From a virus: 64,000 nt of DNA. Made by a program: the position numbers and the translations under genes. Below are positions 9,403 through 17,016 of this stretch, one piece after another; position 1 is the first letter of the stretch; each line of letters starts with the position of its first letter. The DNA lies in IMG/VR virus record IMGVR_UViG_3300032093_000042, positions 1 to 64,000 of that record, one strand, 5' to 3'. The notes beneath the pieces are model-generated. The model was given only the letters and a program-made list of their open reading frames with translations, searched no databases and was not told where the DNA came from.

Positions 9403-9693
9403 ATGTCTGATATTGATCCTGAACTGCAAGCAGAACAAACTCAAGATGCTAAGTATCTACAAGAGCTTAATCACTATGTAAACACTCTTTCAGCTCCTTC
9501 AGCAGAATCCGTAGCGCTTTATAGATCAAAGCTTAGTATGCTTGAAGATATTCATAATGAAATTCGATCCAAGTATCCTGAATTTATGCCTGTATATGAT
9601 TGTTCAAAGGAAGCTGAACTAAATCAAGCATTGGGTAAATATCAAGAACATACTTATAGTCTCAGCAGCCGAGACATGAGTGCAGAAAAGTGA
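9403..9693 (+). CDS. hypothetical protein
   Basis: ORF track. Confidence 0.65.
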   Translation: MSDIDPELQAEQTQDAKYLQELNHYVNTLSAPSAESVALYRSKLSMLEDIHNEIRSKYPEFMPVYDCSKEAELNQALGKYQEHTYSLSSRDMSAEK

Positions 9694-9739
9694 AAAAACC
9701 CGTTGACTTTAGCCAGAAATCCTGTAGACTGTATTCCAC

Positions 9740-10309
9740 ATGAAGAAACTCCAAAAAGAATTCACCGCTAACTATGATCGGGTTGGTATGAATCGTTTTG
9801 TTCAACTCCGCAAGGAAAATGGAGTTGCCATCTATGAACGATTCAACACTGATGATACCCATCGTACTTATGAGGTGTTCATTGTGAAGGTTGTACCCAA
9901 GGGTGCTCCTCTTCCTAATGGCAAGACTGTAGAGGAGTCGTATGAACAGTATCCGGGTGCCAATGCCTTTGGTAAGACTGCTTATGATTGTCGTTCACTG
10001 GCTCGGGCAGAGGAACGATTTGATCAGTTGGTACAGAAGGTCAAGGATAGTGCTGAAGCTAAGGAAGAGTCTATTAAAACTGGTAAGCGTAATCGTGGTA
10101 AGCGTGGTACTAATAAGATCAATGTTAGTGTACCTGAAAAGGATAGTAAGTTTACTATGAAAATGCTTATCACTTCTACTGGTCTAACTCAGCCTGTGTT
10201 GTTTAGTATTGTTAAGTCTTGGATGAATAGTGGTATTGTTAAGATCAATGGATACATTAAGTCCGAAGGTGGCCGAGGTCGTCCTAGTATTGAATATGTC
10301 GTGGTGTAA
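9740..10309 (+). CDS. hypothetical protein with C-terminal winged-helix-like DNA-binding region
   Basis: FTMKMLITSTGLTQP...GIVK...GGRGRPSIEY. Confidence 0.6.
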   Translation: MKKLQKEFTANYDRVGMNRFVQLRKENGVAIYERFNTDDTHRTYEVFIVKVVPKGAPLPNGKTVEESYEQYPGANAFGKTAYDCRSLARAEERFDQLVQKVKDSAEAKEESIKTGKRNRGKRGTNKINVSVPEKDSKFTMKMLITSTGLTQPVLFSIVKSWMNSGIVKINGYIKSEGGRGRPSIEYVVV

Positions 10310-10333
10310 GTAAACATACAAATAGTTACATTA

Positions 10334-10369
10334 ACCAGTTAGTGGATAATACCGCTAACTGGTTTTTTT
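10334..10369 (+). terminator. intrinsic terminator
   Basis: AACCAGTTAGTGG-ataata-CCGCTAACTGGTT then T run. Confidence 0.8.
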
Positions 10370-10483
10370 GAATATATTTTCAGATTACTTATAAAAATGC
10401 TTGCCAACCTTCCTCAAACCTATCTCGAAAAATTCGAAAAAACTGCTTGAATCTGCCCCAAACTCTGGTAAATTGATTTTGTC

Positions 10484-10831
10484 ATGAACGACATCAATAC
10501 TAACTCTAACGTCACCGCCACCTCCACCAAGATCACCGCCAAGGTTGGTCGGCCTGCCATGTCGCTGAAGCTGATCCTCAACAAGACCTTCAGCCTCAAG
10601 GATCTGCAGGCTCTCAATCCCGATGTCAAGCCCGTCACCATTCGGGCCGCTGTTCTTCGGGGTCTCGAGAATGGCCGATTCACCAAGCTGAATCGTACTG
10701 TTCGATCGGGTCGCAAGGGCAAGCCCGCCTCGCTCTTCATCAATACCAAGGTCTACGAGGCTAACCTTCGTAACCTCGCCAAGTCCAAGGTTACTGTCAA
10801 TGTCGCTGAGACCGATGCTGTGACCGCCTAA
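10484..10831 (+). CDS. basic putative DNA-binding protein
   Basis: GRPA and RKGKPA motifs, wHTH-like spacing; GC-richer codon use. Confidence 0.6.
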   Translation: MNDINTNSNVTATSTKITAKVGRPAMSLKLILNKTFSLKDLQALNPDVKPVTIRAAVLRGLENGRFTKLNRTVRSGRKGKPASLFINTKVYEANLRNLAKSKVTVNVAETDAVTA

Positions 10832-10896
10832 TAAACCAACCACAACTACAAACCCCGCTTGACTTTCAAATCAAGCGGGGTTATTCTTTTACCGTT

Positions 10897-11283
10897 ATGA
10901 AGAAAAACATTATTCAAGTTCTCTACCTCGACGAAGCCGTTTACTCGTTCGTCGTCACCAATGACCTCTCTGTTGAAGATAATCTGGAACGTACATTCGC
11001 TGAATGGAACCATGGTAGTGGCATGGAGTGTGAAATGTTCATCAACTCCAAAAAGCGTTCTCTGAGCGTCAATGATATTGTGTGTGTCAACGGTACTTAT
11101 TATCAATGTAGGCCGTTTGGTTGGAAGAAGGTTACTGTTGAATATGTCAATGAATTAGAGAAGGAATTGTCACAACATCCTACCCGTCACGCCTATGGTA
11201 CATGGTATGCTTTGACAGAGATCATGTATGGCCGTCGTCACGATGACAACGAGGCTCTTCTGGAAGGAGTTGAGACCGTCTAA
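10897..11283 (+). CDS. YodL-like domain protein
   Basis: LERTFAEWN...RSLSVNDIV...YYQC..FGW. Confidence 0.5.
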   Translation: MKKNIIQVLYLDEAVYSFVVTNDLSVEDNLERTFAEWNHGSGMECEMFINSKKRSLSVNDIVCVNGTYYQCRPFGWKKVTVEYVNELEKELSQHPTRHAYGTWYALTEIMYGRRHDDNEALLEGVETV

Positions 11284-11419
11284 AGGGCTGCCAGAACGCG
11301 CCAGAACCGCATATGGGCGCTTTTGATTGCAAGGGAGGGTCTGAACACCTTCCCTCTTTTTTTTGCACTTACTGGCACTTTTTCGTTGACTTTCTGGTTC
11401 AGTCTGGTAAAGTCTTTCC

Positions 11420-11475
11420 AGATCGGCTGAACAAGCTAGGGTAGGGGACCAACTCCTACCTACGTTACGTTAACG
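11420..11475 (+). ncRNA. putative small RNA, copy 2
   Basis: TTGACT(11386)-16-TAAAGT promoter with no ATG after it; shares AGATCGGCT, AGGGTAGGGGACCA and GTTACGTTA with 710-770(-). Confidence 0.5.
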
Positions 11476-11551
11476 ATATCGGAAGAATATCGGAAGAAAG
11501 TTGCAGAAAATGCTTGAGGTTTCTGCTGGGTGGGTGTAATCTATTTCCACA

Positions 11552-11797
11552 ATGACACTTCAGCAATTTCAAGCCGCTTTCGCCATCGCCAAGGACTTTG
11601 ACCGTGACCTGTCCAAGGTGGACGACAGTATCCTCTACGGCTACGGTCTCAGCACCTTCAAGCCGGTACATACTACCCTTGAGGCGGTGGCGAAGACCAT
11701 CCGTTGGCAAGCCCTTATGATGAACGGCGAGTGGGATGCCGAAGCATTGAACGAGGTGGCCGAGGCTGGTCGCCGTAACTTTCTGGTGCTTGGTTGA
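11552..11797 (+). CDS. hypothetical protein
   Basis: promoter-ccacaATG start. Confidence 0.7.
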   Translation: MTLQQFQAAFAIAKDFDRDLSKVDDSILYGYGLSTFKPVHTTLEAVAKTIRWQALMMNGEWDAEALNEVAEAGRRNFLVLG

Positions 11798-11844
11798 AAA
11801 AAGCTGTTGACTTCTTCAAAGAAATCCTGTAGGATATTACCCAC

Positions 11845-12034
11845 GATGAAAATTGAAAAGGAAACTATTCAACACTTTATGAAAGAGAACTATCCTAAAC
11901 ATTTTGCCAGTGGCAAGTGGGGATGTCAAAATATTGGATTTGCTCATGCTGAACATTTGGATTTGCCTGAACATGGATTTCAGGTAAGTGTGGGAGTTGC
12001 CAAAAAATATTGGGTGTGGTTGGATCACGATTGA
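11845..12034 (+). CDS. hypothetical protein, paralog of 3855-4046 (start approximate, MKIEKET...)
   Basis: promoter-ccacgATG; sequence similarity to 3855-4046. Confidence 0.7.
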
Positions 12035-12083
12035 TTGAAAAAGCTGTTGACTTTTTCTAAAAACCTGATAATCTATACCCACA

Positions 12084-12317
12084 ATGAAGATCACGATTGA
12101 GTTCGATCCCTTCGCCACCGCTGAGACCGCTTACGATTATTCCAACAGCAGCAAGACCTACACCATTCGGATGATGTTGAGCCAGGTCGCTGATCGTATC
12201 GACGATGCCATCTGGTGTAACCAAGCCAAGAGCACGTTGAATACCAAGCTGAAGGACCGTAATGGCAAGGTGATGGGGTCTGTGAAAATCCGGCTTGCTC
12301 CTGAAGAAAGGGCTTGA
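12084..12317 (+). CDS. hypothetical protein
   Basis: promoter-ccacaATG; LKDRNGKVMG motif. Confidence 0.7.
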   Translation: MKITIEFDPFATAETAYDYSNSSKTYTIRMMLSQVADRIDDAIWCNQAKSTLNTKLKDRNGKVMGSVKIRLAPEERA

Positions 12318-12350
12318 CCTTTTTCTAAAACCTGATAATCTATTTCCACA

Positions 12351-12605
12351 ATGAAATCCTACCTGACGATTGAACAAAATTCCCGCGGTGCTACCTACAG
12401 CAACTCCGACGATACCTGGACGGTCTACGAGCACTCTACCTATCCTCGCAGTTCGGTTCTCGCCGGTCAACAGAGGCGAGTGTGGGTGGAAATCTTCAAC
12501 AGCCTGGAGGAGGCTAAGGAAGCTTTCCCCGACGCTGAGGTGAGTGGGTGTACCTATCGGGAACCCTACTTGAACCACCTGCCTGACGACGGTGCCCTCT
12601 ACTAA
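12351..12605 (+). CDS. hypothetical protein
   Basis: promoter-ccacaATG; YPRSSVLAGQ motif. Confidence 0.7.
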   Translation: MKSYLTIEQNSRGATYSNSDDTWTVYEHSTYPRSSVLAGQQRRVWVEIFNSLEEAKEAFPDAEVSGCTYREPYLNHLPDDGALY

Positions 12606-12667
12606 CCCGAAAAAAAGCTCCGAAAGGAGCTTGACCTTTTTCTAAAACCTGATAATCTATTTACACA

Positions 12668-12865
12668 ATGAAGACCTACTTCGACGATAACTTCGGTACT
12701 TGGGACGGTATGGATGAGCCTGAGATGGTGGCCTTTTACCATCAGTGCCAACGGTCCAATGTGACCAAGGTTTGTAAGCGGTGTGAACGGACTGTTCGTA
12801 TTCAACCGCAGTATGCTATTTGTAATAGCTGTGCAGATGCAATTGAACGGGGAATGGATTACTAA
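12668..12865 (+). CDS. small Zn-finger protein
   Basis: CKRC...CNSC. Confidence 0.7.
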   Translation: MKTYFDDNFGTWDGMDEPEMVAFYHQCQRSNVTKVCKRCERTVRIQPQYAICNSCADAIERGMDY

Positions 12866-12876
12866 ATAATAATAAT

Positions 12877-13071
12877 ATGAATAAAGAACTATTGCGTAAT
12901 TTTATCATCTCGGTGTTGAATGATGAGAATGGTATCAGCGGCGAATCATTCTCTATTCTCTACAAGATTGCCGAAAAGGACCAATCACTTCGTGACATTA
13001 TGTTGGCTACTGATGCTTGTGATGATCGGTTCTATCTAAAAGAAGAAGAGGATGACTATTACAACAAATAA
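12877..13071 (+). CDS. hypothetical protein
   Basis: ORF track. Confidence 0.6.
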   Translation: MNKELLRNFIISVLNDENGISGESFSILYKIAEKDQSLRDIMLATDACDDRFYLKEEEDDYYNK

Positions 13072-13075
13072 TAAT

Positions 13076-13360
13076 ATGACTCTTACTGAACGTTATAGTA
13101 ATGATACCATGGTTCGTAATTACATTCGTATTCATGATCCTGGTCATAGCTGGCTAGAAGTGCCTATCAAGGATGTTCGTGATATCGCCGGTGTTTGGGA
13201 TATTATTACAGATTATTCACCATTGAAGCGACATAAGTTCTATCTGGAAGAAGATTGTGATATGGGTACTTTCTATAACGCAATGATTCAAAAGGGGTAC
13301 ACTATCAATATCACCAATGTTCACGTCGATGACTTTGACGAATATCTACAAAATCAATAA
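13076..13360 (+). CDS. conserved phage hypothetical protein
   Basis: DPGHSWLEVP...YLEEDCD motif; start at MTLTERY preferred. Confidence 0.65.
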   Translation: MTLTERYSNDTMVRNYIRIHDPGHSWLEVPIKDVRDIAGVWDIITDYSPLKRHKFYLEEDCDMGTFYNAMIQKGYTINITNVHVDDFDEYLQNQ

Positions 13361-13364
13361 TACA

Positions 13365-13574
13365 ATGAATACAATGGAACAATTCCAAGAAGATATCAGC
13401 ATGAAGTTCTTTGGCCGCAGTGTGTCACTCGCCAAAGCCGCTAACCAATGTGTGTGCTGTGGTAAAAATGCTACTGAGTTTCGTGATGAAATCAGTAAGC
13501 GTGAATATCGTATCAGCTCACTCTGTCAGCATTGCCAAGACGAGGTGTTCGCCCAACTTCCAGAGGAAGACTGA
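13365..13574 (+). CDS. small Zn-finger protein
   Basis: CVCC...FRDEISKREYRISSLCQHCQD. Confidence 0.7.
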   Translation: MNTMEQFQEDISMKFFGRSVSLAKAANQCVCCGKNATEFRDEISKREYRISSLCQHCQDEVFAQLPEED

Positions 13575-13820
13575 AAAAAGTTGCAGAAAAAGCTTGAGGT
13601 CTGCCGCTGGGTACTGTAGGATATTTCCACAATGAACGACATGATTGATACCTCCTGTGACCTCCGTGACCAGATCACCGTTGACTATCGTGAGACCTTC
13701 ACCCAAGACGATGCGGATTACGAACAACGTGCTCGTTGGGAAGAGTGCATGACGATGGAAGATATCTTTGAGGGCTAATACGTTCGGGGTAATACAATAA
13801 CAATAATAATCTACAACACT

Positions 13821-14339
13821 ATGGCTAACAAAATCAAGAAGAACGATACCGTCACCAATAACATTCAACTCGTCTACGGTATTGAGAAACTCACCGTTGT
13901 GCCTGCCAATACCGAACTCAAGGTCTGGAAAGTCAAACGTGATGGTACTCTCTATTGTAGTACCACTGATCGTAACATCTACTACGGCACTATCACTATC
14001 AAAGCTAACGATGTTACCAAGGTCAATAAACCTATGCCTACTGTCAATGTGGGTGATATCTATGTCTGTTCTTGGGGTTATGATCAGACTAACATTGACT
14101 ACTACAAGGTTGTCAACGTAAAGAATAAGACGGTCAACCTCGTTAGTATCGGTCAGACTCGTAACTACACTGGTCCTATGCAAGGTGAGTGTGTGCCTGA
14201 TCCTAGTGTCATGGGTAATAAAATCTACACCAAGCGCATGATTGACAATGGTAATGGTAGTGTTAGTTTCAAAATGACCAGTTACAGTTGGGCTTACAAG
14301 TGGAGTGGTAAATCCAACCACTTTACTGAGTGGGCTTAA
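13821..14339 (+). CDS. conserved phage/plasmid hypothetical protein
   Basis: VGDIYVCSWGYDQTNIDYYKVV motif. Confidence 0.7.
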   Translation: MANKIKKNDTVTNNIQLVYGIEKLTVVPANTELKVWKVKRDGTLYCSTTDRNIYYGTITIKANDVTKVNKPMPTVNVGDIYVCSWGYDQTNIDYYKVVNVKNKTVNLVSIGQTRNYTGPMQGECVPDPSVMGNKIYTKRMIDNGNGSVSFKMTSYSWAYKWSGKSNHFTEWA

Positions 14340-14889
14340 GGGTAGGTGGGTAGGGGGCTATGTCACTTTAGCCCTATTTATAAACATGACGGGGTAGGGG
14401 GTATAGCTCCCTATCCCTTTTTGTTATTATATAGGGGGGAGGTGCGGGGGCACCCTACCGAAGATGGTTCTGAACATGACTAGCCCGCGCGACCACCCCG
14501 CGTGGAGGTACACCTGACACACATGGTAAAAAATTACGTAGGTAACTTAACATATGTTATTTGCTTGTTGTACTTATAAAAAGTGGGTATAAAAGGGTGT
14601 TTTTGGGGTGTATTTTTTGTGCTTTTTTGGGTAAATGTGAAAAAAACACTGTGGGTTATTTTTTATATGGTGACTTTGCATATGTTGTGTGGTATATATT
14701 TGGTATATGTTTTCGTTGAATGAAAGTCAGTTATTGTTATTGGGGTGGGTAATTACGATAGGCAGTAGCTTAATTGTGATGGCATTGACATTATTGTTGA
14801 GTTATTGTTTGTATAGTTTATATAGGGTTGTCAAAGATTTTAGCAAAAAATATTGACATTAGTGATATTTGATGATATATATTAGCAAC

Positions 14890-14976
14890 ATGAAGGTCGT
14901 AAGTACACATATTGATAATAAGCGTTGGTATACATTTACAAGAAATTGTGAATGTGTGTTGGTTGATATTGTGTAA
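14890..14976 (+). CDS. leader peptide 1 (28 aa) MKVVSTHIDNKRWYTFTRNCECVLVDIV
   Basis: ATG 6 nt after TATATT (14878-83), TTGACA at 14853; ends TAA TAA TGA; last codons overlap the antiterminator strand. Confidence 0.75.
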   Translation: MKVVSTHIDNKRWYTFTRNCECVLVDIV

Positions 14977-15045
14977 TAATGATGTAATAGAAAACTTAGA
15001 AAACAATATCAACCATCACCGAAAAAGTGGTGGTTTTTTGTTTTT
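14960..15045 (+). terminator. attenuator 1: competing antiterminator and terminator
   Basis: TGGTTGATATTGT(14960-72) pairs perfectly with ACAATATCAACCA(15003-15); terminator AACCATCAC(15011-19)/GTGGTGGTT(15027-35) followed by TTTTGTTTTT. Confidence 0.8.
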
Positions 15046-15049
15046 GGTG

Positions 15050-15160
15050 TTGACGTTCTTTGAAGTTGTGGTAAAGTTAGTAAACAGTGAACGACGAAAG
15101 TTGAACACGATGACAATTTAAAAAAAGTAGGTTGACAATGATGAAAGTCATGATAGACTG
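15050..15160 (+). promoter_or_regulatory. two early-type promoters for tRNA array 1
   Basis: TTGACG-16-TAAAGT (15050) and TTGACA-16-TAGACT (15132). Confidence 0.7.
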
Positions 15161-15176
15161 AATGAAGATTGTGGAA

Positions 15177-15285
15177 GGCTTGAAACTCCATCTGTTGAGC
15201 CACCGCCAGTAACCAAAGGTAAAGACTGGGAAAATCAATTGATTGGTCCGTGGGTGTTATCCTCGTAGAGAACCCATAGGGCGAT
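15177..15285 (+). ncRNA. conserved leader RNA element of tRNA array 1
   Basis: shares a covarying hairpin and an identical 26-mer with 23484-23574. Confidence 0.65.
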
Positions 15286-15337
15286 GACGGAATTGCTGAG
15301 GCAATTTCCGTGAATTGGTTAAAAACAAATTTAGACC

Positions 15338-15413
15338 GCCGAAGTAGCTCAATTGGCAGAGCAGGACTTTTGTAAAGTTCAGGTTGCAGGTTCAAGTCCT
15401 GTCTTCGGCTCCA
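15338..15413 (+). tRNA. tRNA-Thr(UGU)
   Basis: cloverleaf, loop TTTGTAA, CCA. Confidence 0.95.
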
Positions 15414-15422
15414 ATTTATAAT

Positions 15423-15497
15423 GTTGATCGTAGCATAAAAGTAATGTCGTGGTTTGTGAAGCCACCTAAGCGGGGGCAGTACCCGTCGATCAACCCA
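15423..15497 (+). tRNA. tRNA-His(GUG)
   Basis: G-1, loop TTGTGAA, C73, CCA. Confidence 0.9.
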
Positions 15498-15506
15498 ATT
15501 TATAAT

Positions 15507-15585
15507 GGCCTCATCGTCTACGAATGTAATAGGATTCTGGATTCTCAATCCGGAGAACTCGGTTTGACTCCGAGTGAGGCTACCA
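15507..15585 (+). tRNA. tRNA-Glu(CUC)
   Basis: loop TTCTCAA, CCA. Confidence 0.9.
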
Positions 15586-15594
15586 ATTTCAATA

Positions 15595-15670
15595 ACCCCC
15601 ATCGTTTAGTTATTAAGACTTCCGGTACCAATTAGGCGGAAACCTTGGTGCAAATCCAAGTGGGGTTACC
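15595..15670 (+). pseudogene. tRNA-like (Glu-type body) with 12-nt anticodon loop
   Basis: TTCCG-GTACCAATTAGG-CGGAA; T arm CTTGG/CCAAG; ends ACC. Confidence 0.6.
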
Positions 15671-15679
15671 TATTTTAAT

Positions 15680-15756
15680 TACCCTATCGTCTAGATGTTA
15701 GGACGGATGTGTTCTCTGAGACATCAACCTTGGTGAAAATCCAAGTGGGGTAACCA
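15680..15756 (+). pseudogene. tRNA-like (Glu-type body) with 10-nt anticodon loop
   Basis: GATGT-GTTCTCTGAG-ACATC; paralog of the preceding element; CCA present. Confidence 0.6.
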
Positions 15757-15762
15757 ATTTAT

Positions 15763-15840
15763 GCTTCGGTGGTGAAAATGGATTTATCACGCAACGCTAC
15801 GAACGTTGAGGTCGGGGTTCGACTCCTCGCTGAGGCGCCA
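15763..15840 (+). tRNA. tRNA-Arg(ACG)
   Basis: loop CTACGAA, CCA. Confidence 0.93.
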
Positions 15841-15846
15841 TTTAAT

Positions 15847-15921
15847 GGCCCATTCGACAACCAGCTAAGTCACATCCCTTTCAAGGATGAGTAACCGGGG
15901 CAGCACCGGTATGGGCTACCA
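15847..15921 (+). tRNA. tRNA-Glu(UUC)
   Basis: loop CTTTCAA, CCA. Confidence 0.9.
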
Positions 15922-15924
15922 TTT

Positions 15925-16011
15925 TTTGACGGCACTGTAGGGTGCAGTCGTAAGCAAGATCACCCCTAGCATAATCTGAAACAGTGAAGCGTTAAGATCT
16001 TGACCGTCAAA
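15925..16011 (+). ncRNA. putative pseudoknotted ncRNA
   Basis: TTTGACGG/CCGTCAAA, CACTGT/ACAGTG, GGGTG/CACCC, CAAGATC/GATCTTG. Confidence 0.6.
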
Positions 16012-16025
16012 TTTATTTTATGTAT

Positions 16026-16100
16026 ATGGACGTGGCAGACAAGAAATGCAGCAGTCTCCAAAACTGCCCAATGTGGGAGCGTTACCCACCGTCCATGCCA
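16026..16100 (+). tRNA. tRNA-Trp(CCA)
   Basis: loop CTCCAAA, G73, CCA. Confidence 0.9.
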
Positions 16101-16107
16101 TTTTTCA

Positions 16108-16226
16108 AATACATTAGTTGAAGGCAACATCTACGTAGTTTAAATGGTAGAACAACACCACAATAAGGTGGAAGCATTGGTTCGAATCCAGTCAATAAAC
16201 GGTGTTGAAGTAGTAAGTAATGTATT
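16108..16226 (+). ncRNA. tRNA-like core inside an extended stem
   Basis: D arm GTTT..GAAC, CCAC/GTGG arm, T arm ATTGGTTCGAATCCAGT, enclosed by CAACATC/GGTGTTG and AATACATTA/TAATGTATT. Confidence 0.6.
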
Positions 16227-16229
16227 GAC

Positions 16230-16298
16230 ACTGATAGACGCTGAGTGTTATAGTCTGACGAGACTATGATTAGTAAGCGGAACGATGTGAAATCCAGT
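16230..16298 (+). ncRNA. junction motif RNA, copy B
   Basis: ACTG-ATAGAC-GCT..AGC-GGAAC-GAT-GTGAAATC-CAGT. Confidence 0.65.
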
Positions 16299-16317
16299 AA
16301 ACATTTTAATTTTTAAT

Positions 16318-16391
16318 TCCCGAGTAGTGTCAAAGTAGCACGGAACGCTGTTAACGTTCTTGTGGAGGTGCGAGTCCTTCCTTGGGAGCCA
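16318..16391 (+). tRNA. tRNA-Asn(GUU)
   Basis: loop CTGTTAA, CCA. Confidence 0.92.
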
Positions 16392-16399
16392 TTTTCAAT

Positions 16400-16474
16400 T
16401 CCAGAGTAGCTCAATGGTAGAGCATGCGGCTGTTAACCGCAGGGTTGGGGGTTCGAAACCCTCCTCTGGAGCCA
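16400..16474 (+). tRNA. tRNA-Asn(GUU)
   Basis: canonical cloverleaf, loop CTGTTAA. Confidence 0.95.
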
Positions 16475-16480
16475 ATTTAC

Positions 16481-16569
16481 GGTGAGTGTTCCCTATGGCT
16501 GTCTGTAAAACAGTTGCCATGAATAAATAGGGCGGAAGGCAAGTGGTTCAACTCCTCCACTCACCACCA
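16481..16569 (+). tRNA. atypical tRNA-Tyr(GUA) lacking a D arm
   Basis: GGTGAGT/ACTCACC acceptor, loop CTGTAAA, only ~10 nt in the D region, long variable region, CCA. Confidence 0.65.
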
Positions 16570-16576
16570 ATTTTAT

Positions 16577-16662
16577 GGGTTATTATACTGATAAAGACGC
16601 AGAGCGGTCTGTAAAACCGTTGCCTTCGGGCTGGATAGGAGCATTACCTATATATCCCACCA
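16577..16662 (+). tRNA. tRNA-Tyr(GUA)
   Basis: loop CTGTAAA, variable arm GCCTTCGGGC, CCA. Confidence 0.85.
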
Positions 16663-16690
16663 TTTTTGGTATTTCTTAGCGGGAATACCT

Positions 16691-16821
16691 GAGTAGTTAT
16701 CGGTAGGTTGTGTGAGGGTAAGCTTTGAGAGTAACACAAATACTTACTAAATGTACGTCGTCGAGACAGATGAAGTAATGAAGCTATAACATTTGCCTCT
16801 ATTGGGGTTTGATAACTATTC
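16691..16821 (+). ncRNA. unidentified multibranch ncRNA
   Basis: GAGTAGTTATC/GATAACTATTC closing stem, internal TTGTGT/ACACAA and AAATGT/ACATTT. Confidence 0.5.
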
Positions 16822-16833
16822 GAATTTTAAACA

Positions 16834-16975
16834 TTGTATGTAGCTCAGTGGTTAGAGCAGAGTACCTAACTATGGGGTAAGCCCTTAAAAATCTTATGTT
16901 AGGTTGTAAAAATTTCCATTACTCATATGATAATGGTTGTAAAGATAGCCGTTGGTTCGAATCCAACCATACAGA
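16834..16975 (+). ncRNA. tRNA-like RNA with expanded anticodon arm
   Basis: TTGTATG/CATACAG acceptor, textbook D arm TAGCTCAGTGGTTAGAGC and T arm GTTGGTTCGAATCCAAC, ~85-nt structured middle; no CCA. Confidence 0.7.
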
Positions 16976-17016
16976 TGAATATATAATTATATATAATCTT
17001 TATATATATATATACT

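Larger units (their letters stand above)
839..13634 (+). promoter_or_regulatory. family of about 30 repeated sigma70-like early promoters fused to near-leaderless starts
   Basis: Consensus TTGAC(T/A)-16 nt-TA(A/G/T)(A/C)(C/A)T-at(t/a)tccac(g/a)ATG, e.g. at 839, 1178, 1565, 3092, 3818, 4497, 5637, 5832, 6438, 6642, 8830, 9702, 11806, 12047, 12315, 12631, 13594; no SD before these ATGs. Confidence 0.9.

Noticed and set aside
839-13634. Regularly recurring ~40-bp repeat as a CRISPR array or integron attC array
   Set aside because: The repeats are degenerate -35/-10 promoters, the intervening sequences are 150-700 bp ORFs, and no cas or integrase gene is present
16230-16298. CTGATAGA...GAAA as a hammerhead variant
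   Set aside because: CTG pairs in P1 and is not conserved in the other four copies; strand order and spacing do not fit the hammerhead core
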